Source: an uncultured virus (IMG/VR IMGVR_UViG_3300047160_009708) (lineage: Duplodnaviria > Heunggongvirae > Uroviricota > Caudoviricetes). From it: DNA of 64,000 bases. This document shows, piece by piece, positions 1-9,115 of the stretch. The DNA is taken from the IMG/VR virus record IMGVR_UViG_3300047160_009708. One strand, given 5' to 3'. The notes under the pieces are model-generated. The model saw only the letters and a program-made list of their open reading frames with translations. It searched no databases and was not told the DNA's origin. A program made the position numbers and the translations under genes. Position 1 is the stretch's first letter. The number at the start of each line of letters is the position of its first letter.

Positions 1-200
1 TAGCCGCCGTCGCGACGATGGGTGTCGTAGGCCGCCTTGAGCCGCTGGAAGGCGTCGTTGGTGAGCACGTGGGCGTGGCCCACTTGCACGTACGGGACCT
101 TATGTAATTGGATCAGGAGCGCCAGGGTGCGCCGGTCCGCGTTCAATTCCAGCGCGGCTTCGCGCACCGAGCGCAGCTTGGCGAGAGTCAGCTTCGGCAT
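1..200 (-). CDS. Small hypothetical protein, possibly an excisionase/HTH-like DNA-binding protein; runs off the window edge
   Basis: ATG at 200 after a GGAGG-like RBS; reads MPKLTLAKLRSVREAALELNADRRTL..., open to position 1. Confidence 0.45.
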   Translation of the reverse strand, partial: MPKLTLAKLRSVREAALELNADRRTLALLIQLHKVPYVQVGHAHVLTNDAFQRLKAAYDTHRRDGG

Positions 201-204
201 CGAT

Positions 205-474
205 TCAATCCTCCCCTGGAATGGCCACGTTGAACGAGTGCACTTCGTGGCTCTCAGCCTTGACGATCTTCTTGGCGGTCTGCCGTAGCAGCCTGGCCGC
301 GTCGTCAAGGTCCATGTTGGTCACGAGCATGCGGTTGCCGTCGTCGTCCATGACGACCAGGAAATAGTCCGGCCGGAACCCGGCGTAATGCAGAACGGTG
401 TCGAGCACGCCCCTGGCGAGCGCCTTGTTCATGGTTTCGGACTCGTACCGAGTCAAGTCCTCGAAGCTATCCAT
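205..474 (-). CDS. Hypothetical phage protein (apparent paralog of 833-1087 and 1084-1344)
   Basis: 89-aa ORF with GGAGA RBS; shares a G-x-x-P / hydrophobic strand / ..A.LLR..A pattern with its neighbours. Confidence 0.7.
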   Translation of the reverse strand: MDSFEDLTRYESETMNKALARGVLDTVLHYAGFRPDYFLVVMDDDGNRMLVTNMDLDDAARLLRQTAKKIVKAESHEVHSFNVAIPGED

Positions 475-515
475 TTGATATCTCCGTGCAGTGTTCCATT
501 ACGACCACCACAATG

Positions 516-543
516 ATCATAGCACAACCGCCAGCGCAGTCAA
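516..543 (-). promoter_or_regulatory. Sigma70-like promoter (TTGACT-16-TATGAT, extended -10 TG)
   Basis: Minus strand reads TTGACTgcgctggcggttgtgcTATGAT upstream of ORF 474. Confidence 0.55.
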
Positions 544-836
544 GTCCGGCCGGTTGTGAGCGCGTGCACAATCGCGGCGCTGGCCCGGCGCAGGTTGGCG
601 CAGGCCGCGCGGTGCATGATGTCGGTCGCGCGGTCGTCGAGCCGGATCAGCCGTTCGCGGCGCATTTCGTAGCCGGTTAAGAGTGTCACAGCCTGCTCCT
701 GGCCGATGCGGTTCGAGAGGGCGATTTGCAGCCTTTGACGGCGGAACCGCCACGCGTGCGGATTCCGCGATCGCCTGTCACGCGCGGCGGCGTACTGACC
801 GAGTAAGCGCTCTGCTTCCATGTGACTGTAGGTCAC
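540..836 (-). CDS. Hypothetical protein
   Basis: 98-aa ORF whose start overlaps the stop of 833-1087 (GTGA). Confidence 0.55.
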   Translation of the reverse strand: MTYSHMEAERLLGQYAAARDRRSRNPHAWRFRRQRLQIALSNRIGQEQAVTLLTGYEMRRERLIRLDDRATDIMHRAACANLRRASAAIVHALTTGRT

Positions 837-1087
837 TCGGCCGCGCCGTCGCCTTCCCTGTCTTCGGTTTTCTGATCAACCACGTCAGCAGCCATGCGCA
901 ATAGCTCGGCGACCGTGTGCCAGGATTCGATCCGGGTCGTGACCCGTGGCCCGGCCCGCTCGCAGAGGACCAGAATGATCGGCGGCTGCATACCCAGCGC
1001 ATCAAGGATAACGCGATCCGCCGCCTTGGCGGCGCGGTTGAGCACATCGTTATGGATTTCGGGCGCGTCCACGTCCCGCCAATTCAT
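833..1087 (-). CDS. Hypothetical phage protein
   Basis: 84-aa ORF, ATGA-coupled to the upstream gene. Confidence 0.7.
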   Translation of the reverse strand: MNWRDVDAPEIHNDVLNRAAKAADRVILDALGMQPPIILVLCERAGPRVTTRIESWHTVAELLRMAADVVDQKTEDREGDGAAE

Positions 1088-1344
1088 GGCGTGCGCTCCT
1101 CAAACATGGAGTGAATTTCATCGCAGCCACGGAGACGTTCGATCGTTTGCTGAAGCGCGTCCAGGATTTGATCGCGGTTGACGTCGCGATTGGCCATGAC
1201 CATCGGGCCGGTGGCGGCAAACAGCACCGCGATCATGGGCGGGCAGAAGCCCTTGCGCTCCCGGAACGCCTTGTCGAACTGCTTGAGGGCCTGATAGGCG
1301 TCCTCGCGGCTGAACTTGATCTTGGGATCGTCACCCTTACTCAT
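1084..1344 (-). CDS. Hypothetical phage protein
   Basis: 86-aa ORF, coupled to both neighbours. Confidence 0.7.
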   Translation of the reverse strand: MSKGDDPKIKFSREDAYQALKQFDKAFRERKGFCPPMIAVLFAATGPMVMANRDVNRDQILDALQQTIERLRGCDEIHSMFEERTP

Positions 1345-1736
1345 CAGTTTGCCTCAGCTTTCACATAGTAATTAGCCACCACCACGGCGTGCTGCTCCTG
1401 ATCGATTGTAACCCAGCATTCATCGAGTGGTGGGAATCCGAGTTTGCCGCCGATTACCTCAAGCGCTGCCGGATGGGGGTACTTGTCGGGTCGGCCCGAC
1501 GACATGCTCATGCGCCTCAGCCACACCGGCGGCGTGCCGTCGGTTGTGGGCGTTTCCTCGATCGAGTACACCAGTTTGAAGTCGGGCGGGATGTCGATCA
1601 TGTGGCCCGCACGGTCGCCAGCACAGGGCGCTTCGTCATTCATCACCCGCCACATTTCGGCGACGGCGATCGGATGTGCCTCGGCATATACCTTCAGTGC
1701 CTCAATCTTATTGTCATCGATAATCATCGCCTGCAT
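1344..1736 (-). CDS. Hypothetical phage protein
   Basis: ORF 1344-1880; the likely start is ATG 1736 (MQAMIIDD) after GGAGG. Confidence 0.65.
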   Translation of the reverse strand: MQAMIIDDNKIEALKVYAEAHPIAVAEMWRVMNDEAPCAGDRAGHMIDIPPDFKLVYSIEETPTTDGTPPVWLRRMSMSSGRPDKYPHPAALEVIGGKLGFPPLDECWVTIDQEQHAVVVANYYVKAEAN

Positions 1737-1821
1737 CGATTGCCTCCAGAATCCACCGCTCCCGCCGCTCTGGTGATCTCTCTCTCCCACGGATGCCACA
1801 ACGGCGGGAACGGATGGCTCG

Positions 1822-2316
1822 CTAGTAACCGGCCAGTCCGCCCGACCCATAAGAATATGAGCCGAGGTCAAGGCCGTCATTATGTTTAATCTTCACCTTG
1901 GTCCTGTTGAACAGCCCGCCCGAGTTAAGGAACCCGGTGCGCGCCTGGCCGATCCGCGCCCGCCGTCCCCGCTCGTAGGCGGGAGCGGCGGCGGTGCGCA
2001 CGGGCGGCAAGGCGTACTGTGTTTGCGGTAGAGCATACTGCGCCACGGGCGCCTGGTACAACGGTTGCCGAGGCGGTTCGTACGCCATCAGGAGCGGTGC
2101 TTGCTCGACCACGTACGACTCGCTTTGCACGCGTGTGACCACGCTGGTGATGAGGGGGGCAGCGGGTGGCGCCGCGTACGGACGCACGGGCGCCTGATAC
2201 TGGAACATCGGCGCTGTGAAGACTTGTTGCTGCGGCATCGAGTACGCCTGAGCGCCGTAGCTCGACCCGTAACAACCTCCTTGCGCCAGCGCAAGCATTG
2301 CGACCGCAACGAACAT
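1822..2316 (-). CDS. Pro/Gln/Tyr-rich protein with a signal-peptide-like N-terminus
   Basis: AGGAGG RBS; hydrophobic start MFVAVAMLALAQGGC, then a low-complexity body. Confidence 0.6.
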   Translation of the reverse strand: MFVAVAMLALAQGGCYGSSYGAQAYSMPQQQVFTAPMFQYQAPVRPYAAPPAAPLITSVVTRVQSESYVVEQAPLLMAYEPPRQPLYQAPVAQYALPQTQYALPPVRTAAAPAYERGRRARIGQARTGFLNSGGLFNRTKVKIKHNDGLDLGSYSYGSGGLAGY

Positions 2317-2332
2317 GAAAGCCTCCTGGGCG

Positions 2333-2731
2333 CTAGGCCCGCTTCGGCTTGGGGTGCGCGTGTGCTTCCATCTTGATCACCGGACGCGCCTCGGCGCGGA
2401 GGGCGGCGTCGCGCGCGTCCATCTCGATCAGCGTCGCCTCGCGGGGATTGATCTGATTGTAGCTCTTATGCGGCCACACACGTACCACGGTCTGATTGTC
2501 CAGGCCAAGCCGATAGGTGATGTCCGCGTGCCACCAGGTCCCGCAGCGCTCGCGTAGCCCTTCGAGTAGTGTTTGCGTCGCGGCGGCACGGTCCGCGCTC
2601 GCCTTCTCAACCACCTTGCGGTGTTCATCACTGAGTTGGTTGATCGCCACGTTATCAACCATCAGGCGATCCGCCCGTGTGCGGGTTTCCACAGCGTTCA
2701 CCATCATTACGTTAGACACTTTCATGTTCAA
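2333..2731 (-). CDS. Hypothetical protein
   Basis: 132-aa ORF overlapping the end of the methylase gene. Confidence 0.6.
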   Translation of the reverse strand: MNMKVSNVMMVNAVETRTRADRLMVDNVAINQLSDEHRKVVEKASADRAAATQTLLEGLRERCGTWWHADITYRLGLDNQTVVRVWPHKSYNQINPREATLIEMDARDAALRAEARPVIKMEAHAHPKPKRA

Positions 2732-3674
2732 GCTCCTGGGTTAAGGTGTCGTCGTTCGCAAACAAGGGAAGCTGCTGCTGGCGCGGCGGCAGGCAATGGG
2801 GCGAGAACCACACGCGCTCGCGGTATTTGTTCTCACGCCCGCGTTTATCGCTTCGATTTGCCATACCGCCATTTGCTTGCCACCAAACGCACTCCCAGGA
2901 ATTCGGCATATCATGTTCTCCTTCGTATCCACAGAGCGCGATCCGAAGTAGGGGATTATTACCGTTCGCAATCGCCCACTCGCGCACGTCGTGAGCCACG
3001 GTGAGTGATTCGGTTGCGTAAACGTTCGCGTCCCGTCCCGCTGTATCGGCGTAGGGTGGGTCAAGGAAGACGCCAGTGATTCCGTTGTGTTCCGTTGGCG
3101 CTCGTGTAACCACCCGCGACCAATCGCCGCAGCACACGCGCGCACGCCGCAGCCGATTCGCCAGAGTGGTCATGTAGGCTGTAAGGTCGTCCGTTGTCGC
3201 GCGATGCACGCCCCTCCCCGCGTCGCCGAGGTGCGGGCGTTGCCGATGCACGCGCTGACCTTCGCCTCGGATCTCGCACCAGCCACCGCCGATCCACGCG
3301 GATAGGCCCCACACCCACCAGCCCGCGATCTTGGCGTCATAGAATTCCGGGTCGGTCTTCATGCGTTCGCGGAAGTCGTGCTGATTGACAAGCCACTGAT
3401 GCCGGGCGGTCAGATCGCATTCGTTCACAGGCCAGTCGGCGTAACGCGCGACCGCTTCAGGATCAGCCTGGAGCGCGCGCCAAAAATTGCTCAGGTAGCA
3501 ATCCACGTCGTTCACCGTCTCGATTCCCGGCGCGCTCGGTCGTCCCAGCAAGACCGCCCCACTCCCAAAGAACGGTTCCACATAGTTCGGTACATTGCCG
3601 AACCGCTCCCAGACCAGGGGCGCAATCCGCGACTTGCCTCCAAAGAAGGGAAAGGGGGCTTTACATATTTTCAT
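2712..3674 (-). CDS. DNA adenine methyltransferase (D12/Dam-like class)
   Basis: N-terminal PFPFFGGKS, YVEPFFGSGAV (SAM-binding), ETVND and catalytic FLDPPY motifs. Confidence 0.92.
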   Translation of the reverse strand: MKICKAPFPFFGGKSRIAPLVWERFGNVPNYVEPFFGSGAVLLGRPSAPGIETVNDVDCYLSNFWRALQADPEAVARYADWPVNECDLTARHQWLVNQHDFRERMKTDPEFYDAKIAGWWVWGLSAWIGGGWCEIRGEGQRVHRQRPHLGDAGRGVHRATTDDLTAYMTTLANRLRRARVCCGDWSRVVTRAPTEHNGITGVFLDPPYADTAGRDANVYATESLTVAHDVREWAIANGNNPLLRIALCGYEGEHDMPNSWECVWWQANGGMANRSDKRGRENKYRERVWFSPHCLPPRQQQLPLFANDDTLTQELEHESV

Positions 3675-4018
3675 AGCTTCTTATGCTTCCGCTTCATGCG
3701 CCGTAGCTCGATCTTGCCCTGGAAGTTGGCGTTCTCGGCAATCAGCATGCGCGCCATCAAGGGGTTGAAGTTGTTATTCATAATAAACTTCTTGTCGAGG
3801 CCGCTCGCCAGCTTCAGCTCGGCGCGGACTTGCTCCCAGATCAGCCGCACCGAGATCCGCCGCTCGCCCCGACCGAGCGCCGCGACCGCCTTGGCGCGAA
3901 TGGCGTTGATCACCTCCGGGTGTTGCAGGCGAAAGAGCGCGAACTGCGCCGCCAGGTCCGCATCCTCCTGCGGTGCCGCAATCGGCTCGTGGTCGTCGAA
4001 CAGGCTGAGCTGTGCCAT
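3671..4018 (-). CDS. Hypothetical phage protein
   Basis: Start MAQLSLF at 4018 after GAGG; F...HPEV...NNNFNPLMAR; coupled to the methylase. Confidence 0.7.
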   Translation of the reverse strand: MAQLSLFDDHEPIAAPQEDADLAAQFALFRLQHPEVINAIRAKAVAALGRGERRISVRLIWEQVRAELKLASGLDKKFIMNNNFNPLMARMLIAENANFQGKIELRRMKRKHKKL

Positions 4019-4026
4019 CGCGCACC

Positions 4027-4359
4027 TCACAATTCGTAGTTGTCGCCCTCGGCCCAGAGAATGTCCCGCGCCGTGCGATCCTTGATCTGGCCGTCGTCGA
4101 GCCGGATCACGAACCGCGTCAGCCAGCGCGCGCAGGCGGCGCAATGCGTGTAGCGATAGCAGTGGATCACCGTCCCGAGCGCAGCCGTCTCGCCGCCGCG
4201 CGGGCGCCGATAGCGAACCCAGTAGCGGGAGTCGATCTGAACGTCGCTGGAGCGCATGGGACCCTCGTGTTTTAGGAGATGCCGAGGCCGACCAGGGAAA
4301 GGGTCCGGTCGCCTCGGCTGGCGCGGTTCGGTGCGATGAACGAACACCTTGCGGACCAC
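4027..4359 (-). CDS. Hypothetical protein (start may be 4257)
   Basis: ORF in the operon orientation with a CAAC motif. Confidence 0.5.
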   Translation of the reverse strand: MVRKVFVHRTEPRQPRRPDPFPGRPRHLLKHEGPMRSSDVQIDSRYWVRYRRPRGGETAALGTVIHCYRYTHCAACARWLTRFVIRLDDGQIKDRTARDILWAEGDNYEL

Positions 4360-4548
4360 TCACGCCTTGGCCCGGACCCGAGCAGGGGTTTCAAAACTCG
4401 GCGGGCTGCCCCCTATTGAGTATTTGGGGGCCATCCCGGTTGCGAGCAGGATTCCCACGTAACCCGCCGAGTGTTTTTAACGCCAGCCACCGCCCACGTC
4501 GATTCGGTCGCCCTCCGGCAGCCCGCACGCGGCGGCTGGCGTGTTTCG

Positions 4549-5616
4549 TTAGTAGCGCATCCCGTCAACACGGGAGCCGGGCGCGTCGGGGACTTCCTGG
4601 GACGCATTCCCATTGTCCCCGTCGGGGATGCCCAGGTCGGCGTGCGACTCGCGGCACTTGACGTGGATGTACGCCTCGACCGTCTCCTCGACCCACTCGC
4701 GGTGGCTGTCGTACAGGCCCGCCGCGACCCTGGCGCACTTCACGGGATCGCGCGTGCCCGGCTTCTTGTCCTGATCGACGTCGGCCCGCAGGATCAGCGG
4801 CGGCTCCTGAATGAGCGCCTCGCTGACCACCACCTGCGTCAGTTGCGCGGGATGGCCAACCAGTTTCGCCCATCCCTTGCGATCCTTGACGTTGTGTACC
4901 GCGCACTCGTCGTTGAGCGCGTCGTTGGCATTGTTGACAACACCGGTCGCGTACTCTTGCCAGGGGTTCTTGCGCGGCGCGGGCGCGAGCGCCGGGGGCC
5001 TGGCGCTGGGCTGGCCGAACCGTGGAATCGGCAGCGCCGCCGCCGGGCTCTCGTCCCGCATGTCGATCAACTCCTCGGGCGTGTGCAGGCCGGTGACCAC
5101 CTCGGGGTCGATCATGCGCACCCCCTTGGAGATGCACCGCGCGCGGAGCATGGAGTCGGGGTGTCTCTGGTAGTTGGTCTTCAGCTTGGCGGGCCTGCCG
5201 TCGTACGAGCCGGTGAGCGCGACACCGTTGTCGCACAACTCCCTGAGCGTGACCGTGACCACCTTGCCGTTGGGGCAGAAGCGCGGGTGATGGAAAATGA
5301 CCTCGCACACTTCGCCGTCGGTCTGGACCCACTGGACCGTGCCGCCGCGCGCCTGGAAGCGCGCTTGCATCGCCGCCGACTTCATCGCGGGCTTGCCGTC
5401 GATGATATCGTAAATCCGCATCGCCTGGATGGGATGGAGCCCCTCGGCCTGGCAGAGCAGCATGAGCGTGAAGGCCGCTTCGGTGGTGCGGACATCCTTG
5501 AACAGACCCGACTTCGCGACCATTTCCGCCATGATCACGAGGTCGTTCAGGGTGTACGTGGGGGGCGGGACGGTTGCAATCTGCACCAACTCAGTGCTCT
5601 TGGGTTCGCTACTCAT
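4549..5616 (-). CDS. Phage single-strand annealing recombinase (RecT/Redbeta-like)
   Basis: MAEMVAKSGLF...GLHPIQAM..IIDGKPAM and PDSMLRARCISKGVRMIDPEVVTGLHTPEEL motifs; next to a Gam/gp157-like gene. Confidence 0.75.
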   Translation of the reverse strand: MSSEPKSTELVQIATVPPPTYTLNDLVIMAEMVAKSGLFKDVRTTEAAFTLMLLCQAEGLHPIQAMRIYDIIDGKPAMKSAAMQARFQARGGTVQWVQTDGEVCEVIFHHPRFCPNGKVVTVTLRELCDNGVALTGSYDGRPAKLKTNYQRHPDSMLRARCISKGVRMIDPEVVTGLHTPEELIDMRDESPAAALPIPRFGQPSARPPALAPAPRKNPWQEYATGVVNNANDALNDECAVHNVKDRKGWAKLVGHPAQLTQVVVSEALIQEPPLILRADVDQDKKPGTRDPVKCARVAAGLYDSHREWVEETVEAYIHVKCRESHADLGIPDGDNGNASQEVPDAPGSRVDGMRY

Positions 5617-5656
5617 GGACAGATCCTTTCTCGCCGATCATTTTACGGCGACTCCC

Positions 5657-6307
5657 TCACCTCTGCGGCGAGCGCAACGCGCGCTCGATACCCGTGGCAA
5701 TCGTGACCTTCTCGTACGCCGGGTTGACCTTGAGACCCGGCACATCCAGATCGGTAAGGCCAGCTAACTCAGCCGCGTGCCTGGCTTGCGCCGACGTCAC
5801 GCGCTTCTCAATCTTGATCGTGACCAGTTCCGGCTCGATCGCTTCCACAAACTCGACGGCACTCTCCATGTCCTCGACCGCGTAACTCTCGGGTACGTTG
5901 CGAAACACGATTGAACCGTGCGGTAGCGTGTACGTCTTGGACGGTCGGCCCTTCTTGACCGCCAATTGATCACGCGCCAACGCTTCCAACTGCGCGTCGA
6001 ATTTCCAGTGCAGGAACTTGACGCGCGCCTGAAACTGCTTCCGGAGTCGGGCGATGTTGGTCAGAATCGCCTGCTCTTGCACGTCCAAGGCCACGATCGC
6101 CGCCTCCTCGCCCGCGATCTTTTTGAGAACCCAATCGGCCGCGTCCGGCGACGTGACCATGAACGTGTCGTCTTCCAGGAGCCCGAGCACCTCGCCGGTG
6201 GCCGCATCGACGATGTAGCCGTCCATGACGAACGTGTCGGGCGTCGGCTGCGCCGCGAGCGCGGCTAGCTCCTCGGGGGTTTCCGAGAGATCAATCGTCG
6301 TACTCAT
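5657..6307 (-). CDS. Host-nuclease inhibitor Gam / siphovirus gp157-like protein
   Basis: ADWVLKKI, coiled coil, then SKTYTLPHGSIVFRN and VPGLKV motifs; AGGAGG RBS before ATG 6307. Confidence 0.75.
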   Translation of the reverse strand: MSTTIDLSETPEELAALAAQPTPDTFVMDGYIVDAATGEVLGLLEDDTFMVTSPDAADWVLKKIAGEEAAIVALDVQEQAILTNIARLRKQFQARVKFLHWKFDAQLEALARDQLAVKKGRPSKTYTLPHGSIVFRNVPESYAVEDMESAVEFVEAIEPELVTIKIEKRVTSAQARHAAELAGLTDLDVPGLKVNPAYEKVTIATGIERALRSPQR

Positions 6308-6321
6308 TGATGTGCCTCCTT

Positions 6322-7227
6322 TCACTTGGCAACCGGGAACGGTTCGTTGTCGGCTCGCCAGGTCAGGCCGCGATCGACCGGTTTCCCAGTGCGCCAGAGA
6401 TTCCACGCCTTGATCGCCAGCGCCGCCATGAGCGTGCGGTTAAGACGCGACCGCGACCGCGACTCGGTTTCGAGGCGGCGCCGCAGCGCATGGATCGGAT
6501 CGCCCTTGGCCAAGCCGGTGCCGTTGTCCAGCCGGTCGAAGAAGTCGTCGCGGGCCTTCTTGCTGATCTCGCCGCACAGGTAGTGGACCAGCCCGAACGT
6601 GGAATTTTTGAGGGGCTGCCACGTGAACGCGTTGACGGCCGTCGCCGACTCAATCAAGCCGGGCCGCTCATCGACCAACTTCTCGATCGTCGCGTGGTCG
6701 GGCCGCTCTTCCCAGCGGGGATGGAGCGCGCCCTTGCAGATCACGATCTCCCAGAGGAAGTTGACGATCCCCGAAAGGGTCGTCGCGTTCTTGTGACCAC
6801 CGATCGAGAGCACGTCGGACGCCATGCGCACGCGCCCCGTGTCCATCGTGCGGAACGTCTCGGTATCGACGCCCGCGATCATGACCGTCTCGAAGCAATG
6901 TTCGCTTTCGATGCAGGCCCATAGCCGGTGCTGGCCGTTCAGAAGCCGCCCCTGGCGGCTGATGATGATCGGCTCGCCGTTGAGCCGCCACTTGTTCGCC
7001 GCCATCGCCCGCATGTACCGCGCCTTCGTGGTCGGGCGCAGGTGCCGGTTCTTGTCGTTGCTACTCAAAAGTTCCTTGGCTAGCTCGGGCGTCACCATGA
7101 CGACCGCCGCCTTCAGGCCCTTGCCAAACTCCGTCCACTTGATCGCGGCGACCGTGGTGATCTCGCCGCTGAACTTCTTGATCCGAATCCTGGGTGTCTC
7201 CACTGCAATACTCATCGTGTGCCTCAT
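6322..7227 (-). CDS. ParB/Srx-like N-terminal domain protein (DGQHR-type)
   Basis: VTPELAKELL..NDKNR, WRLNGEPIII..GRLLNGQHRLWA, MDTGRVR. Confidence 0.8.
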   Translation of the reverse strand: MRHTMSIAVETPRIRIKKFSGEITTVAAIKWTEFGKGLKAAVVMVTPELAKELLSSNDKNRHLRPTTKARYMRAMAANKWRLNGEPIIISRQGRLLNGQHRLWACIESEHCFETVMIAGVDTETFRTMDTGRVRMASDVLSIGGHKNATTLSGIVNFLWEIVICKGALHPRWEERPDHATIEKLVDERPGLIESATAVNAFTWQPLKNSTFGLVHYLCGEISKKARDDFFDRLDNGTGLAKGDPIHALRRRLETESRSRSRLNRTLMAALAIKAWNLWRTGKPVDRGLTWRADNEPFPVAK

Positions 7228-7259
7228 GTGGAACGTTGATGTGACTGTACGCCTACAGC

Positions 7260-7288
7260 ACTATACGACCGGTTCTATATGGAGTCAA
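7260..7288 (-). promoter_or_regulatory. Near-consensus sigma70 promoter (TTGACT-17-TATAGT) for the recombination/methylase operon
   Basis: Minus strand TTGACTccatatagaaccggtcgTATAGT just upstream of ORF 7227. Confidence 0.7.
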
Positions 7289-7599
7289 TCCCGTTTCCTG
7301 GGCGGCTTCTTGGTTTTTTTCGGAGCCACCGGCTTGGCTGGCCTTGTAACATGGCGCTTGACCGATCGGGGCACGGCAACGTCCCGCACGTGACGCGATT
7401 CCTCGAAGTAGGGCATGATTGTCCTGATCCGGTGCATGCGGTACGCGTCCCAGGCCGCTTCCGCGTACTGCTCAATCACCTTCATCGGGATCGGGGTCGT
7501 GCCCAGCGGGCGGTCGTTGATAAATTGTTGCTTCACGTGCTCGAACAGGAGAACGCGGATCACGTCGTCCTGAAACTCTTCCGGGGTCATGGAATGCAT
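7285..7599 (-). CDS. Hypothetical protein with a basic C-terminus
   Basis: Start MHSMTPEEFQ after AGGAGG. Confidence 0.6.
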   Translation of the reverse strand: MHSMTPEEFQDDVIRVLLFEHVKQQFINDRPLGTTPIPMKVIEQYAEAAWDAYRMHRIRTIMPYFEESRHVRDVAVPRSVKRHVTRPAKPVAPKKTKKPPRKRD

Positions 7600-8054
7600 T
7601 CGCTCGCCTCCTGTTCGGCAGCCGCCTCTTCGCACAACGACCGGCACTCGGCCTCGACGTATTCCTGGGAGCGCACGCCGTCGGGCGGGAAGTAGCGGTG
7701 GGAAATACAGGTGTGGTGCCTGCCGGGCAGCGCCGGGTCGGGCGCATCCCAGCCGTGCGCGCAATCGAAGCCGATCCACCAGCCGTCATCATCACCCACC
7801 GCGTAGAGCGCGACGCCGTGACTCAAGACCGCGTACGGGCGCGGGTCCGACGGCCCGGCGTACGTGATGCCGCCGTGTACTTCGACGTTGACCAGGTACG
7901 TCGTGAGCTTGCCGTGCCAGGGATGGCCCAGCGGCAGCCGCACGTAGCCGCAGCGGAACCCCATGTTGTTGTGCATCACAACCCACGTGTATCCTTCGTG
8001 CTCGCCGTGGCTGAGCACGCGGTCCGGATCGTTGACCGCCATTTCCAAACTCAT
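7587..8054 (-). CDS. Conserved phage hypothetical protein (CGYV...HPWHG...VHGGITY...WWIGFDCAH)
   Basis: Motif set recognisable from a widespread phage family of unknown function. Confidence 0.8.
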   Translation of the reverse strand: MSLEMAVNDPDRVLSHGEHEGYTWVVMHNNMGFRCGYVRLPLGHPWHGKLTTYLVNVEVHGGITYAGPSDPRPYAVLSHGVALYAVGDDDGWWIGFDCAHGWDAPDPALPGRHHTCISHRYFPPDGVRSQEYVEAECRSLCEEAAAEQEASECIP

Positions 8055-8215
8055 CGTGAGCCTCCTTTGACCTTCATGCGCTTGCTGATTGCCTGCTCAA
8101 TGATCCGGGACACGGGCACACCGGATCGCTCCTTTTCCGCCTTGAGCCAGTCGGCGATGTCGCGCCGGATGTAAATCTGCACTGGCTTGCGCGGGCTCGT
8201 TGGCGACGCTGGCAT
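8051..8215 (-). CDS. Ribbon-helix-helix (Arc/CopG-like) regulator, 54 aa; not in the ORF track
   Basis: MPASPTSPRKPVQIYIRRDIADWLKAEKERSGVPVSRIIEQAISKRM...; GGGAGG RBS; ATGA-coupled to 8054. Confidence 0.75.
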   Translation of the reverse strand: MPASPTSPRKPVQIYIRRDIADWLKAEKERSGVPVSRIIEQAISKRMKVKGGSR

Positions 8216-8228
8216 TGGTCCCTCCCTA

Positions 8229-8284
8229 TTGACGGCATGTGTAACCTTGTGTTAGACTGTACACAGACCGAACTTCTGTGTCAA
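8229..8284. promoter_or_regulatory. Overlapping oppositely oriented sigma70 promoters
   Basis: Plus strand TTGACG(8229)-18-TAGACT(8253); minus strand TTGACA(8284)-17-TACAGT(8261); the -10 boxes overlap. Confidence 0.65.
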
Positions 8285-8302
8285 CCCACGAGGAGGTGGT
8301 TT

Positions 8303-8434
8303 ATGCTTCGGTTTCTGTCCGCGTTCGCCATTAGCTTCATCCTGAGCGCCGCCTGGGGCTTTGGCGCGCACTCGATCGTGATCTTCGCGGTCCTGTTCAT
8401 GATCGTGAATCTGATCGGCCGCAACCGCAACTAA
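8303..8434 (+). CDS. Small membrane protein (43 aa)
   Basis: GAGGAGG RBS; almost entirely hydrophobic with a basic tail. Confidence 0.65.
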   Translation: MLRFLSAFAISFILSAAWGFGAHSIVIFAVLFMIVNLIGRNRN

Positions 8435-8498
8435 GGAGCTAGACTCTTGTTCGGCTTCGGACTGGGCGTCGGACGCCAGATCAAGGGGAGATAAAACC

Positions 8499-8783
8499 AT
8501 GTTATGGTCACATCCCGATATGCCCAAACACTGGATCGTGGATGATGCAACGAGCCCAACCCAGTGGTGGGCGTTCCCCGCCGACGAGGATGGTTGGCGG
8601 CAAAGAAAACCGTTTGAGGCGGATCTTGATCAACTGCGCGAGACGCCGCCCGGCTTCGCGGCGGGGACAGGGTGGCCGGGTGTCCCTGTTGAGCCGATAG
8701 GCGATCCGGTAACGCCACCGCTGCCCAGGCAGGTGAACGCGCGCTGGGCCGCGCCGCGCGTCGTCAAGCGCCATAACCGCTAA
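8499..8783 (+). CDS. Hypothetical protein
   Basis: AAGGGGAG RBS; 94 aa, Trp/Pro-rich. Confidence 0.55.
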   Translation: MLWSHPDMPKHWIVDDATSPTQWWAFPADEDGWRQRKPFEADLDQLRETPPGFAAGTGWPGVPVEPIGDPVTPPLPRQVNARWAAPRVVKRHNR

Positions 8784-9115
8784 TCAACTTCCAGACTGAA
8801 GCCGTAGAGCGCGACCGGCTGCACGATCGCGTGCGCGCTCTTGAACTCGTCGGCCCTCATCATCGTCAGGAACGACTCCAGATCGGTGCGCAGCGTGATG
8901 TTGCCGCGCGACATGAAGACGGCGAACTCGTCGTCGCTCATCGTGCTGTTCTGCCGTAGCGCGTCACTCAGCTTGACGAGCGCCTGATTCAAATTCTCAT
9001 TGATGATCGGAAACCTGGCCAGCGCGATCGCTTCCTCGTCGATCGCGAGCGTGACGTCGACGCGCTGAAACTTGTGGCGCAGCGTGATAATGACCATCGC
9101 CGTCATCCTCGACAT
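8780..9115 (-). CDS. Hypothetical protein
   Basis: 111-aa ORF overlapping the end of the glycosyltransferase gene. Confidence 0.6.
   Translation of the reverse strand: MSRMTAMVIITLRHKFQRVDVTLAIDEEAIALARFPIINENLNQALVKLSDALRQNSTMSDDEFAVFMSRGNITLRTDLESFLTMMRADEFKSAHAIVQPVALYGFSLEVD

Noticed and set aside
4393..4475. tRNA or hammerhead ribozyme
   Set aside because: It has no T-loop GTTCRA or cloverleaf and no CUGANGA/GAAA core.
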